NCBI GenBank assembly: GCA_050486505.1
Contig: JBJHDK010000008.1
Span: 1 to 58,734, forward strand
Direction of reading: 5' to 3'
DNA from: Fibrobacteria bacterium
Lineage (GTDB): Bacteria; Fibrobacterota; Fibrobacteria; UBA11236
Length of the DNA: 58,734 nt
Within the stretch, counting starts at the first letter, position 1. Each line of letters starts with the position of its first letter. Positions 36,514 through 45,644 of this stretch are shown here, in pieces. The notes below the pieces were generated by a model. It ran no database searches, was not told the DNA's origin, and was given only the letters and a program-made list of their open reading frames with translations. Both the position numbers and the translations under genes were made by a program.

Positions 36514-37722
36514 TCAGGCTGGTTCGACCGATATGCTGTCCGGATGTGCCTGGTTGCCGAATTTGTAGCTGATAGTGAAGCGATCCCCGGGGGACACTCC
36601 GCGAGTTTCCGGCAGGATCCATACCGGGTTGGACCAACTGTTGTCCTCTCCAGACTCATTCGGATGAGTGCTCAAACGGATGCCGCCGCCGAGATCAAGA
36701 GTGAAGTATATGAACAGCCCGTTCCATTTCCCCGTGGCCAAGATTGACACGCTTTCCTTGACGTGGGGCAGTTCGGCTCCACATCGTTGAAAGTCGATGT
36801 CCGACAGTAGAACCGGATCGCTCAGCATGGGCCACTTTCGGATGGAATGCGCTCTTGCGAAAAAACGGGTGGACGTGTTACTTGAAAACCGCTCCAAAGG
36901 GCTGAAGTCGAATCCGTACCACTCCTGCCAGCGTCCTAATCCCGTTGGCTCAAATATGTTGCTCTCCAATTTGCCGTCGCTGATTGTAACCGGGATGCCG
37001 AACACTCGAAGGCGTTCAGGAATCAGCCGGGCGTCAGGCTTAAGAAAGCGTTTTCGTGCATCGGCGGTATAAAACAAAACATTCTCCCCGAATGGATCAT
37101 TGCCGATGATTTCACTAATCAACACGTCCGCGGGCTCGGGAAGGTCGACTCTGGTCGACCACCCCTCGATGATTTGAATACGATCGCCGTATCCATTAGC
37201 GATAAAGTTCTCGCGTGCGGCATATCCAATGCGGTTTGCCTCAATCGCGTACACGCGCCTCGCGCCTGCTCGCGCAGCCGCCATGGCGAGTATTCCCGTT
37301 CCGGTCCCGATCTCTACCACGGTGTCTCCGGGGCGAACAACCTTTTCGATCGCCTTCAGATAGCTTTCAGTTCGAGCGCGATCATTGAGCATGGAGATAT
37401 GAACGGGCGCGGAACCGAATCCGCCCGTTGCGAGTGCGGGGATCTCTTGGCCTTTCGTAATCAATATTCCCGCTGCATAAAGTCGGCGGACTTCCCCCAT
37501 CAACTCGACCATGTCCAAAGGGTTCTTTGCAAACGCCTTTAAGGCTTCAAGTGCACTGGAGACGGTCGTTGGCCTGGAGAAAGCATTCAGCATGGCCAGT
37601 GTATGTATCCCGCCGGCATAGCGATCCCCCTGAACCCTGATCTGTAGTCTGGTGCCGCCCTCCAGCACCATGTGGATCGACGATGCGCACTGCAGAACGG
37701 TGGAAGGGGTCAATTTTTGCAT
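36514..37722 (-). CDS. PRMT-like SAM methyltransferase with N-terminal RRE-like domain
   Basis: HISMLNDRAR..Y, VVEIGTGTGIL, VYAIEA, DVLISE..G....E; visibly lower GC than flanks. Confidence 0.8.
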   Translation of the reverse strand: MQKLTPSTVLQCASSIHMVLEGGTRLQIRVQGDRYAGGIHTLAMLNAFSRPTTVSSALEALKAFAKNPLDMVELMGEVRRLYAAGILITKGQEIPALATGGFGSAPVHISMLNDRARTESYLKAIEKVVRPGDTVVEIGTGTGILAMAAARAGARRVYAIEANRIGYAARENFIANGYGDRIQIIEGWSTRVDLPEPADVLISEIIGNDPFGENVLFYTADARKRFLKPDARLIPERLRVFGIPVTISDGKLESNIFEPTGLGRWQEWYGFDFSPLERFSSNTSTRFFARAHSIRKWPMLSDPVLLSDIDFQRCGAELPHVKESVSILATGKWNGLFIYFTLDLGGGIRLSTHPNESGEDNSWSNPVWILPETRGVSPGDRFTISYKFGNQAHPDSISVEPA

Positions 37723-37857
37723 GCGGGCAAAGGATAACAACAGGTTTGTGCACCGTACTTGGGGGCCTCAAGTCCATGATGACTATATTCGTGCGGCCGA
37801 AAGTCGGGGGGGTACGCGTCCGGGCCGTACTCGGACACAGATTCGCGGGACTCTTTC

Positions 37858-38742
37858 TTGAACCGTTACCGTGCCTTCGGGCTTTCCATTGCATCGAAGT
37901 TCTCCCTGCCGGAGCTTCTCCCCGAAGGGGATGCCGGAGCCTCCGTCGATCTATGGGTCAAGGAGTGGGTGGAAGGCGAGGAAGGGGCGCCTTCCTTCAC
38001 TTCCGGAGACGAGGCGACGGGAAGCCTCTACCACCTCTCCGTTTCGGGAGTGGCCGATTTTCGGATCGAAGACGGCACACGCATTCATTTTCGGCGCGCC
38101 TCGGAAACGGTCGATGATGCGATCGTGCGTTTGTTCTTGTTGGGTTCCGGGTTCGGGTGTGCGCTGCAGCAGCGCGGGTGCATCGTGCTGCACGGGAATG
38201 CGGTGACCACGGACGGGGAAACCTGTCGCATCGTGGTGGGGCATTCCGGTGCGGGCAAGTCGACATCCGCCGCCCTTGCCTACAAGCAGGGAGCCCGGAT
38301 CCTCGCGGACGACGTCTGCGCCATCACGCTGGATTCGAACGGGACCGGGTGGGTGCACCCTGCGTACCCCCAGATCAAATTGTGGAAACGCAGCGCGGAT
38401 CTGTTGGGAATCTCCGTCGAGGGACTGCGGAGGATTCGTCCCTCCGATGAGAAGTATGCGTTGCCGATTCGCGACCGCTATTGGCCGACTCCGCTGCCCC
38501 TTGCGGAAGTCGTCGAATTGAGCGCGGAGAACACGGAGGAAACCCCGTCGCGGGGCTTCGACAAGGCGCGTTGCCTTGCCGAGCACAGCTATCGCAACTG
38601 GTTTCTTTCGAACATGGGTATCAAGGCCGAATACATGGACAAGTTGATGCGGCTTGTTTCCCGGGTCGAGGTGCGCCGCGGTGTGCGTGCCGATCTTTCC
38701 GCCCTGGGTTTTACGGCAAGGCAGGGAGCAGGTGAAGCATGA
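37858..38742 (+). CDS. HPr kinase-like lasso peptide kinase
   Basis: LHGNAV, GHSGAGKST, LADDV, YPQIKLW; coupled to the cyclase. Confidence 0.88.
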   Translation: MNRYRAFGLSIASKFSLPELLPEGDAGASVDLWVKEWVEGEEGAPSFTSGDEATGSLYHLSVSGVADFRIEDGTRIHFRRASETVDDAIVRLFLLGSGFGCALQQRGCIVLHGNAVTTDGETCRIVVGHSGAGKSTSAALAYKQGARILADDVCAITLDSNGTGWVHPAYPQIKLWKRSADLLGISVEGLRRIRPSDEKYALPIRDRYWPTPLPLAEVVELSAENTEETPSRGFDKARCLAEHSYRNWFLSNMGIKAEYMDKLMRLVSRVEVRRGVRADLSALGFTARQGAGEA

Positions 38743-40574
38743 ACGGTTTCAGCGGGGTGTGGTTTTTCGACGGTCGCCCGGTGGATGCGACATTGCTTTC
38801 CCGATGCGCGTACCGGAGCCCCATGTGGGAGCCCGATCATCTTGGCATCCGGTTGTTCGATGGCGCGGGCTTCACGTCCACCCAGCGCTTCGTGATGCCG
38901 GAAGAGCCGCACGCGCTCATGCCCTTCGAGGATGTGGAGTCGGGGTGCGTCATCGTCGCGGACTCCTTGCTTGCGCATCGCGAAGAGCTTGCGGATGCAT
39001 TGGGAGTCGCGCATGCAGCGTCCGATTGCGAACTGATCCTCGCCGCCTGGAAAAAGTGGGGTGCGGAATGTCCGCGTCGCCTTTTCGGGCACTTTTCCTT
39101 CTTTATCTGGGACCCCCGGAATCATCGGGCTTTCGCCGCCACGGATCATTTCGGCATGCGCCCTCTCTACTATGCCTTCGAGCCGGGGCGGGGCGTGACG
39201 ATCTCGAACACCATGGAGCCTTTCCGGATTCTTCGGCAGGGGCTCACCATCAATCTGAACCAGTTCCAGCATTTCGCGGTGGACACCATGCCTGCCGGTG
39301 AAACGTGCTACCGCGAAGTGGCCAAGCTGCCGGCGGCTCATTCCTTGCTCGTGACTCCGGAGCGTGCGCGTACGCGTCGCTACTGGCGCCTCAAGGAACA
39401 GCGTCATCGGCTTCCGCAGTCGACCCGCGAAGACTATTACGAGGCATTTCGTGAACGGTTCGCGCGGGCGGTGGGGACGTATTTGCGCACCGAGCACCCT
39501 GTTCTGGCATACATCAGCGGGGGGCTGGACTCGTCGTCGGTGGCGTCGATGGCCGCGAAGCTGCTGGGCGAAGCGAACCGGAACATTTTGGGGTTCACGG
39601 CGATTCCCCATACGCTGGAGGGGTCGAGTCGTCGGCGCGGATGGTACTATCACGAATTGCCCGTCGCGCGCTCCATTTCGGAACAGTACCCCAATGTCCT
39701 CCATCACGTCTATCGCACCGACCCCGATGCGGATCCGTTGCGCGAGTTGTCGGCCCTGCATTCCCAAGTGGATCATCCGGCACGCAACGTGATGAATTGG
39801 CATTGGATCAACGGCGCGTTCCGCCATGCGATCGCCAACGGTTCGCGACTGACCCTGGGTGGGGACCGGGGCAATGGAAACATTTCCTGGGATGGGGCGG
39901 ACTTGCGCTCGCGGTACAACCTGCTGCGCGGATTCGTCCGGAACTGGCCGTTTGTCCGGCGGCTCCTGCCGGATGCCTATCTCGAGGTGGTGAACCCCGG
40001 TGTGTTGCGGGTTCCCGCAGTTCGGGCCGCGTTGCGCAAGCGTGGGTGTACGCTCGACCTGCACTACTGGATGCTGGCCATGGAGCCGTTGACTCCCGGC
40101 TTCGCCTACATCCGGCACCCTGCCCTGTACCACGGCGTGGAACATGCCGACCCGACCTCAGACGTGCCGCTGACCGAGTTCTGTTTCAACTTGCCGGAAT
40201 GGGTGCACTATCGAATGCCGCGGCGGGAAAGGCGGCCACAACATACGCGATTGTTGGTTCGCGAAGGGCTCGCGGGGATCGTTCCAGAGGCGGTTCGCTT
40301 CAATGTGAACCGGGGTGAGCAGGCGGCGGACGCCTACCTGCAGTACAATCGTCACGGGCAAGCCTGGAGGACGCGCCTCGATTCCATGTCTCCGGCTGCC
40401 GCCTCGGTCTTCGAGCGGTGCATTGACCGCGCCGCTCTCCGCCGCATTTTCGACAACTACCCCCATATTGCGGAGCCACCGGATGAGGAGACGGAGTTCA
40501 CGGTGTGCATCGTGTTGGCGCGCGCACTCGCCGCCGCTGATTTTATCGACTTTCTCGATCGGAACTCCGGTTGA
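38739..40574 (+). CDS. Lasso cyclase (asparagine synthetase homolog)
   Basis: TDHFGMRPLYY, SGGLDSS; lacks the N-terminal catalytic Cys of true AsnB (MNGFSG). Confidence 0.9.
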   Translation: MNGFSGVWFFDGRPVDATLLSRCAYRSPMWEPDHLGIRLFDGAGFTSTQRFVMPEEPHALMPFEDVESGCVIVADSLLAHREELADALGVAHAASDCELILAAWKKWGAECPRRLFGHFSFFIWDPRNHRAFAATDHFGMRPLYYAFEPGRGVTISNTMEPFRILRQGLTINLNQFQHFAVDTMPAGETCYREVAKLPAAHSLLVTPERARTRRYWRLKEQRHRLPQSTREDYYEAFRERFARAVGTYLRTEHPVLAYISGGLDSSSVASMAAKLLGEANRNILGFTAIPHTLEGSSRRRGWYYHELPVARSISEQYPNVLHHVYRTDPDADPLRELSALHSQVDHPARNVMNWHWINGAFRHAIANGSRLTLGGDRGNGNISWDGADLRSRYNLLRGFVRNWPFVRRLLPDAYLEVVNPGVLRVPAVRAALRKRGCTLDLHYWMLAMEPLTPGFAYIRHPALYHGVEHADPTSDVPLTEFCFNLPEWVHYRMPRRERRPQHTRLLVREGLAGIVPEAVRFNVNRGEQAADAYLQYNRHGQAWRTRLDSMSPAAASVFERCIDRAALRRIFDNYPHIAEPPDEETEFTVCIVLARALAAADFIDFLDRNSG

Positions 40575-40862
40575 ACGGGTGAGCTGATGTCGGGTGATAT
40601 CGGGATCAGTACCACACGATGATGCGCTGACGTGGTCGCACATGATCCGCATCCTCGAAAATGATTGTTAATTGACCATCTGCACGAATTCCGCGACTCT
40701 GTCATAAAATCGCGAAGTTGTCATTTAGCCAAAATGTTTCTCCCCGTTTGTCTTTATGTGAAACGGTCAGCCTGTTAGTTTCCCGGCGTGTCCGTTGCAT
40801 TGCGTCTCAGTTTCATTCATTGGAAGCGTGGGTTGGCTTGTAAAAAGCGATACGAGATCTGA

Positions 40863-41048
40863 ATGCGTTTGATCAAAAAAGAAATCAACACTCAGAGCCA
40901 GAACAGTCAATCTTGGGTTGCACCCGTTGTCGAGGCCATCGCAGTCTGGGAAAACACCTTGGCGGCCAACAACTCCTCTTCCGATGGTCCTCTTTGTCTT
41001 GGATCGATGGGCCCTGCCACGAACTGTCCTGTGGAGCCGCTCTCTTGA
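40863..41048 (+). CDS. Lasso peptide precursor A1
   Basis: Leader WVAP...ENTL (Thr at -2); predicted core AANNSSSDGPLCLGSMGPATNCPVEPLS. Confidence 0.9.
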   Translation: MRLIKKEINTQSQNSQSWVAPVVEAIAVWENTLAANNSSSDGPLCLGSMGPATNCPVEPLS

Positions 41049-41341
41049 TCTGTAGGGAGCAAGGTTCCGTCATTCAAGTCAAGTGAGTCGGTTCCCGGCA
41101 CGAATTGGCGTCACCTTGTGGCGTCGCATAACGCGTCGCCACAACTTTATGCCATAATGTCATTTGATTTGGCACAAGTACTCAATTATGCCATTAAAGC
41201 GAAGATTGACATTTAGTCATATGATTTCGCGCATTTGTGGCCTTTTCGTGCAGCAATCGCCTCCTACTTTTTTCGCAGGAAATGGGAAAAATGTCTCGAA
41301 AGCTCGGGAAAATGCCGTTTTCATCACAAAAAGGGAATAAG

Positions 41342-41527
41342 ATGCGTTTTTCGAATCAAACCGAATCCGTCACTCAAAACCAGAAGAATCAGCCCTGGGT
41401 CGCCCCTGTCGTCGAGGCCATCGCCGTTTGGGAAAACACCTTGGCCGCCAACAATTCGACGGCCGATGGCCCGCTTTGTACTGGATCGATGGGGCCGGCC
41501 ACGAGCTGCATCGACCCGATCTCCTGA
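41342..41527 (+). CDS. Lasso peptide precursor A2
   Basis: RBS AAGGGA; leader WVAP...ENTL; predicted core AANNSTADGPLCTGSMGPATSCIDPIS. Confidence 0.9.
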   Translation: MRFSNQTESVTQNQKNQPWVAPVVEAIAVWENTLAANNSTADGPLCTGSMGPATSCIDPIS

Positions 41528-41778
41528 CGTCTTCCCGGGGTTCGGGTGATCTCTGATCCCCTGTCGCTCAGGCCGATAAATTTTGTCCTTATGTCACGCG
41601 TGGCGACTGACAACCGTGTCAGGCCGTTATTCGTTGTTTTGCAATATTGGCAATAGTTTGCGTGTTCCTGATTCCTCGAAAGCGCATTAAGATTGATGCT
41701 CGAAATCGCCTCGCCGTGACACACGCGGATTCGCGAGATCCATTCAGGCTCCCTTGGGGGAGAGAAAAGGGAACGAGC

Positions 41779-41967
41779 ATGCAGAACACAAACATGAACA
41801 GCGAATCCGTTTTTGCGACGGAGAGCCTCAAGTGGCAGGCCCCCGTCGTCGAGACCATCGCGGTGTGGGAGAACACCTTTGCAGCGAACGACTCTGCTTC
41901 GGATGGCCCGCTGTGCCCGGGTATGATGGGTGCCGCCGATCTGTGCTCGGTCGATCCGTCTTCCTGA
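41779..41967 (+). CDS. Lasso peptide precursor A3
   Basis: RBS AAGGGA; leader WQAP...ENTF; predicted core AANDSASDGPLCPGMMGAADLCSVDPSS. Confidence 0.9.
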   Translation: MQNTNMNSESVFATESLKWQAPVVETIAVWENTFAANDSASDGPLCPGMMGAADLCSVDPSS

Positions 41968-41991
41968 CCCACTCATGCGTTGAATTATTCC

Positions 41992-42023
41992 AAGCAGGCC
42001 GCCCAAGGGGCGGCCTGCTTTTT
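41992..42023 (+). terminator. Intrinsic terminator after precursor A3
   Basis: AAGCAGGCCGCCC...GGGCGGCCTGCTT stem followed by a T tract. Confidence 0.88.
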
Positions 42024-42059
42024 GTCGCCAGAGCTGAAGTTCTTGGGGGGGCGACCGAG

Positions 42060-42686
42060 CTATGCCCGGTGCACCCAGCAGTTGATCGCGAAGCGCGAAT
42101 CTTCGAACCGGCCGCTCGGACACGCGACGGGGAGCACTCCGTGCGGGTACCACGACGGGAAAAATGCCAAGGTGTCGTGGTCCGGCAGAATGTCGACATG
42201 CGGCCGGTTTTCCGGGGACCCCTGAACGGGGGAGTAGAGCCGAAGCGTCCCCCCCGAAAATCCCTTGGGAAATGCGTGAAAGTAATAGACGCCGCTGATG
42301 GCGCGCTGGGTGTCGCTGCTTTTCACCTTCACGAACGTGTCGGTATGCGTCGTAAAGAACGCGCCGTTACCGTGCGCGGCCATTTCGAACTCGAAGGCCG
42401 CGGGGGTGAAGGCGGCAACGCCAAGCTGCGAGGTCATTTGAGGCAGGCTTTGTTTGAGGCGTTCCTTGAGATGTTCCTTGATCCCGTGGAGGTCTTTCAG
42501 GATCAGGGAAATCCGTTGCCTGGGATCCACGGCGCTGTGTTCCCCATACCCGGTTTTCGAAGGTTCGAAGCGCTCCCGGTTCGCAAGCGCGAAGTCGAGC
42601 AACTTCCGCGCACCCTCCGCGCCCAGCCAGTCCCGAAGAATCCCGTGCGGCGGCGGGCGGTTGAGGAGTTTTTCGAGCGAGCTCAC
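42060..42686 (-). CDS. 2OG-Fe(II) oxygenase (prolyl-hydroxylase-like)
   Basis: HTD, GGTLRL, FFPSWYPHGV, SRFAINCW; GTG at 42686 overlaps the upstream stop. Confidence 0.85.
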   Translation of the reverse strand: MSSLEKLLNRPPPHGILRDWLGAEGARKLLDFALANRERFEPSKTGYGEHSAVDPRQRISLILKDLHGIKEHLKERLKQSLPQMTSQLGVAAFTPAAFEFEMAAHGNGAFFTTHTDTFVKVKSSDTQRAISGVYYFHAFPKGFSGGTLRLYSPVQGSPENRPHVDILPDHDTLAFFPSWYPHGVLPVACPSGRFEDSRFAINCWVHRA

Positions 42687-44011
42687 CCCGCCCTCACGCA
42701 CTTCTCGTACAACGTCGGAAACCGCCCCTCGGGGTCGTATTTCGCCTTGAGTGCGCGGGCGCCGTCGCCGTTGTAGACGCGGTCGAATTCGGCCTCGTCC
42801 ATGAACGACGACGAGTAGAGCATCTTCACCCCGCCGAGGTCGAGGCACTTGCGGTCCATGATGCGGGTGGCGCCGAAGTCTTCCCCCTCCGACTTGCGCA
42901 CGCGGCAATAGCAACCCAGGTTGAAATACAGCGTATCGGGTTCCACCGGGTAAAGCGTCGGCCGGTGCGGGGTGCGAATGGCCACCGCCAGCCAGGGCTT
43001 GCCGTCCAGGTCGACCGACTCCAGCGCGAAGCGGAGCAGCTCGCCGGCGCGGTCCCACGGCACCTCCCAGTCCTGGATGAGCAATTCCTTGCCGTCCTGC
43101 TTCTTGATTCCGAGGCGCTCCTGCAGGTGCAGCCAGCGCTTGTAGAACCCCGAGTGCCGCATGAATCCGGGGGCCCAGCGGCGCATCAACCGGTAGGGTA
43201 GGGTCTCGGGGATGTTCCAGAACCATTCCGGATCGTAGCGGAAGAGATAGTCCTTCGTGGCCAGCCACAGGTCGCGCCGCTCGCCGACCAGCTTGTAGTA
43301 CACGTTGCGGCGCACGATGTCGTCGGCGCGGGGGGCCTCTTCGATGTAGCGCGACACCGTCAGCAGGAACCGGTCGGGCGCGTACATCAGGGCCTCCACG
43401 AAGTCGGCGTCGGCGCGCTCCGTGGCCTCGCGCATGGCCGCGAGGAAGGCGTCGGTGTCGGCGAAGGTCTCGGTGCGCAGGTGCACGAAGGGTTTGGCAG
43501 GCTCGAGGCGCACCTTCGCGCGCAGGATATAGCCGAGCGTTCCGTAGGAGTTTCCCAGCGCGCGGAAGAGGTCCGCATGCGCGTTGTCGGGGGTGGCGAC
43601 GACGATCTCGCCGGTGGGCAGCAGCACCTCCGCTTCGAGCAGGGAATCATGCACGAAGCCGTGGCGGTGGCAGTTCGATTCGATGCCGATGCCCACGGAC
43701 GCGCCGCCGATGGTGATGTGCTTCAGCTCGGGGGTGACGAGGGGCGCGAATCCGTGCGGCACGGTGGCATCCACGATGGATTCGAAGGTGGCGAGCCCCT
43801 CGACGTCGAGGACGCGGTTCACGGGGTCGAGCCCGAGGACTTCGTTGAACCCGCTCAGGTCGACGAAGGTCACGTCCTTGCCGCGCTTGCGCGGCGTGTA
43901 GCGGAAGAGGTTCGACGCGGTGCGCTTGCGCAAGGCGAACTTCCCGCCGCCCGCGGCGATGCGGGCCAGCAATTCGCGCTTCTTCGCCGCATGCCGTTCG
44001 TGGGTCGTCAT
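42683..44011 (-). CDS. FAD-binding oxidoreductase (TmsA/BfaA/Rv3719-like)
   Basis: SNLFR, PELKHITIGGA..GIGIES, DYLFRYD..WFW, KMLYS, KAKYDP..RFPTLYEK. Confidence 0.82.
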   Translation of the reverse strand: MTTHERHAAKKRELLARIAAGGGKFALRKRTASNLFRYTPRKRGKDVTFVDLSGFNEVLGLDPVNRVLDVEGLATFESIVDATVPHGFAPLVTPELKHITIGGASVGIGIESNCHRHGFVHDSLLEAEVLLPTGEIVVATPDNAHADLFRALGNSYGTLGYILRAKVRLEPAKPFVHLRTETFADTDAFLAAMREATERADADFVEALMYAPDRFLLTVSRYIEEAPRADDIVRRNVYYKLVGERRDLWLATKDYLFRYDPEWFWNIPETLPYRLMRRWAPGFMRHSGFYKRWLHLQERLGIKKQDGKELLIQDWEVPWDRAGELLRFALESVDLDGKPWLAVAIRTPHRPTLYPVEPDTLYFNLGCYCRVRKSEGEDFGATRIMDRKCLDLGGVKMLYSSSFMDEAEFDRVYNGDGARALKAKYDPEGRFPTLYEKCVRAG

Positions 44012-44015
44012 CGCG

Positions 44016-45176
44016 TCACCGCACCGTGGCGTAGCCGCCGGGCACGCCGTTCTTCGACAGCACAAGCTGCCACAACTGGTTCTTGCGGCAACGGAAGGAG
44101 CCCGCGCAGATTGTGAGGTAGTATACCCACATGCGGTAGAAACGTTCGCCGCGCGTCTCCCGGTGCTTCGGCCAGTTCTTTTTGAAGTTTTCGAGCCACG
44201 ACATCAAGGTGGGGTCGTAATCGGGTCCGATGTTGTGCCAGTCCTCGAGCACGAGCAGGTTGTCCATGGCCGCACCGAGCTGGGCCGGCGACGGGAGCAT
44301 GGCGTGCGGGAAGATGTACTTGCCCAGCCAGGGTTCGATCGATGTGACCGACTTGCTCCCCCCGATGGTATGGACAAGGGCGAGTCCCCCCTCCTTGAGC
44401 GAACGGTGGATGGTCTCGAAGAAGGTCCGGTAATTCCGGGCCCCCACATGCTCGCACATCCCGATCGACACCACACGGTCGTAGGTTCCCGCCGCCTCGC
44501 GGTAATCCTGATGGCGGATCTCGACGGGGAACTCCTTGTTGTACTCCCTGCCGTACGCCACCTGCTCCTTCGAGATGTTGTAGGCGGTGACGTGGCAACC
44601 GTAGCGTTCCGCGGCGAAGCGCGCGAACCCGCCCCAACCGCAGCCGAGCTCGAGCACGGTCATCCCGGGCCGCAGGCCGAGCTTGCGGCAAATGAGGTCG
44701 AGCTTGTTGTCTTGCGCCTCCTCCAGCGTGGCCGCCCGTCCGCGCGGGGTGTTCCAGTAGGCGCAGGTGTATTGCATGCGCGGGTCGAGCATGTCGCGGT
44801 AGAAGGCGTTGCCGAGGTCATAGTGGAGTTCCGCGACGGCCTTTGATCCGGATTTGCTCTGCCGGTTCATCAGGCGGGACTTCAAAAGATCCCACGCCAG
44901 CGGCCAGTTGAACCGCAGTTTCGTCTCGAGGCGTGCGCCCATGGCCTTGGCGAAGGCCACGTCGAGCTGGTCGCAATCCCACCAGCCGTCCATGTAGGCC
45001 TCGCCCAACCCCAGGGTGCCCTGTGCCATGATGCGCTGGTAAAGCGCCGGGTTGTGGACGCGGAGGTCCCAGGGACGGTCACCGTTGATCCGGATGTCGG
45101 CCTGGGCCAGGAGGTTCTGGATGAAGCGCGCGGATGTGGACGTGGTTTTGGATGCGCGTGAGTCGTTCAAGAGCAT
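44016..45176 (-). CDS. cfa: Cyclopropane fatty acid synthase-family methyltransferase
   Basis: GLGEAYMDGWW, HYDLGN, LELGCGWGG, VSIGMCEHVG, KYIFP, RMWVYYL. Confidence 0.9.
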   Translation of the reverse strand: MLLNDSRASKTTSTSARFIQNLLAQADIRINGDRPWDLRVHNPALYQRIMAQGTLGLGEAYMDGWWDCDQLDVAFAKAMGARLETKLRFNWPLAWDLLKSRLMNRQSKSGSKAVAELHYDLGNAFYRDMLDPRMQYTCAYWNTPRGRAATLEEAQDNKLDLICRKLGLRPGMTVLELGCGWGGFARFAAERYGCHVTAYNISKEQVAYGREYNKEFPVEIRHQDYREAAGTYDRVVSIGMCEHVGARNYRTFFETIHRSLKEGGLALVHTIGGSKSVTSIEPWLGKYIFPHAMLPSPAQLGAAMDNLLVLEDWHNIGPDYDPTLMSWLENFKKNWPKHRETRGERFYRMWVYYLTICAGSFRCRKNQLWQLVLSKNGVPGGYATVR

Positions 45177-45644
45177 GGTGTTTCCGAAAGCAAAAGGTTT
45201 TTGCGGAGGTTCAAGCTAAGTAACAGTCAAAAAATAAGGCTTGAAGCATTCAGCGGGGTTGATTTTTGCGTTTGAAATCGAAAGTGCAAAAGAGGAGTGG
45301 GGGCTGCGCATGCCGGCAACCCTTCGCTTCGGGCGCTGCCTCCATGAAAGTCCCGTCTCGGGAATCACTGGCAGTACGTCGCCGCGTCAAGAAACCCGAG
45401 CGGAGCCGCAATTGACTTTATGACATTCATCCGCATTAATGTTGCCAAATGACTCTATTTTGTACCCATATTTAATTGCAGCTGGTATTTTCATCGCGTT
45501 GGAAAACGCGCAAAAGTGCAATTTAATTGAAATATTCTGCCAATATGTCAATTTTACGCTATAATGTAAAAAAATCACAGTAATGCCATATAGTCAATAT
45601 TGGTACCCTTGGACGGTCGTGGCGTCGTGGGGATTTTATATGGC

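Noticed and set aside
38739..40574. Housekeeping asnB
   Set aside because: Lacks the N-terminal Cys and sits with B1, B2 and precursors.
41648..41661. Sigma-54-like TGGCAATAGTTTGC before A3
   Set aside because: Spacing is 9, not the required 10.
40863..41967. CRISPR array or DGR-type repeats
   Set aside because: The repeats are coding paralogs with conserved translations; no cas or reverse transcriptase genes.
45177..45644. Small ORFs or an invertible promoter in the AT-rich spacer
   Set aside because: No convincing RBS or coding bias, no long inverted repeats and no recombinase; treated as an unresolved divergent promoter region.
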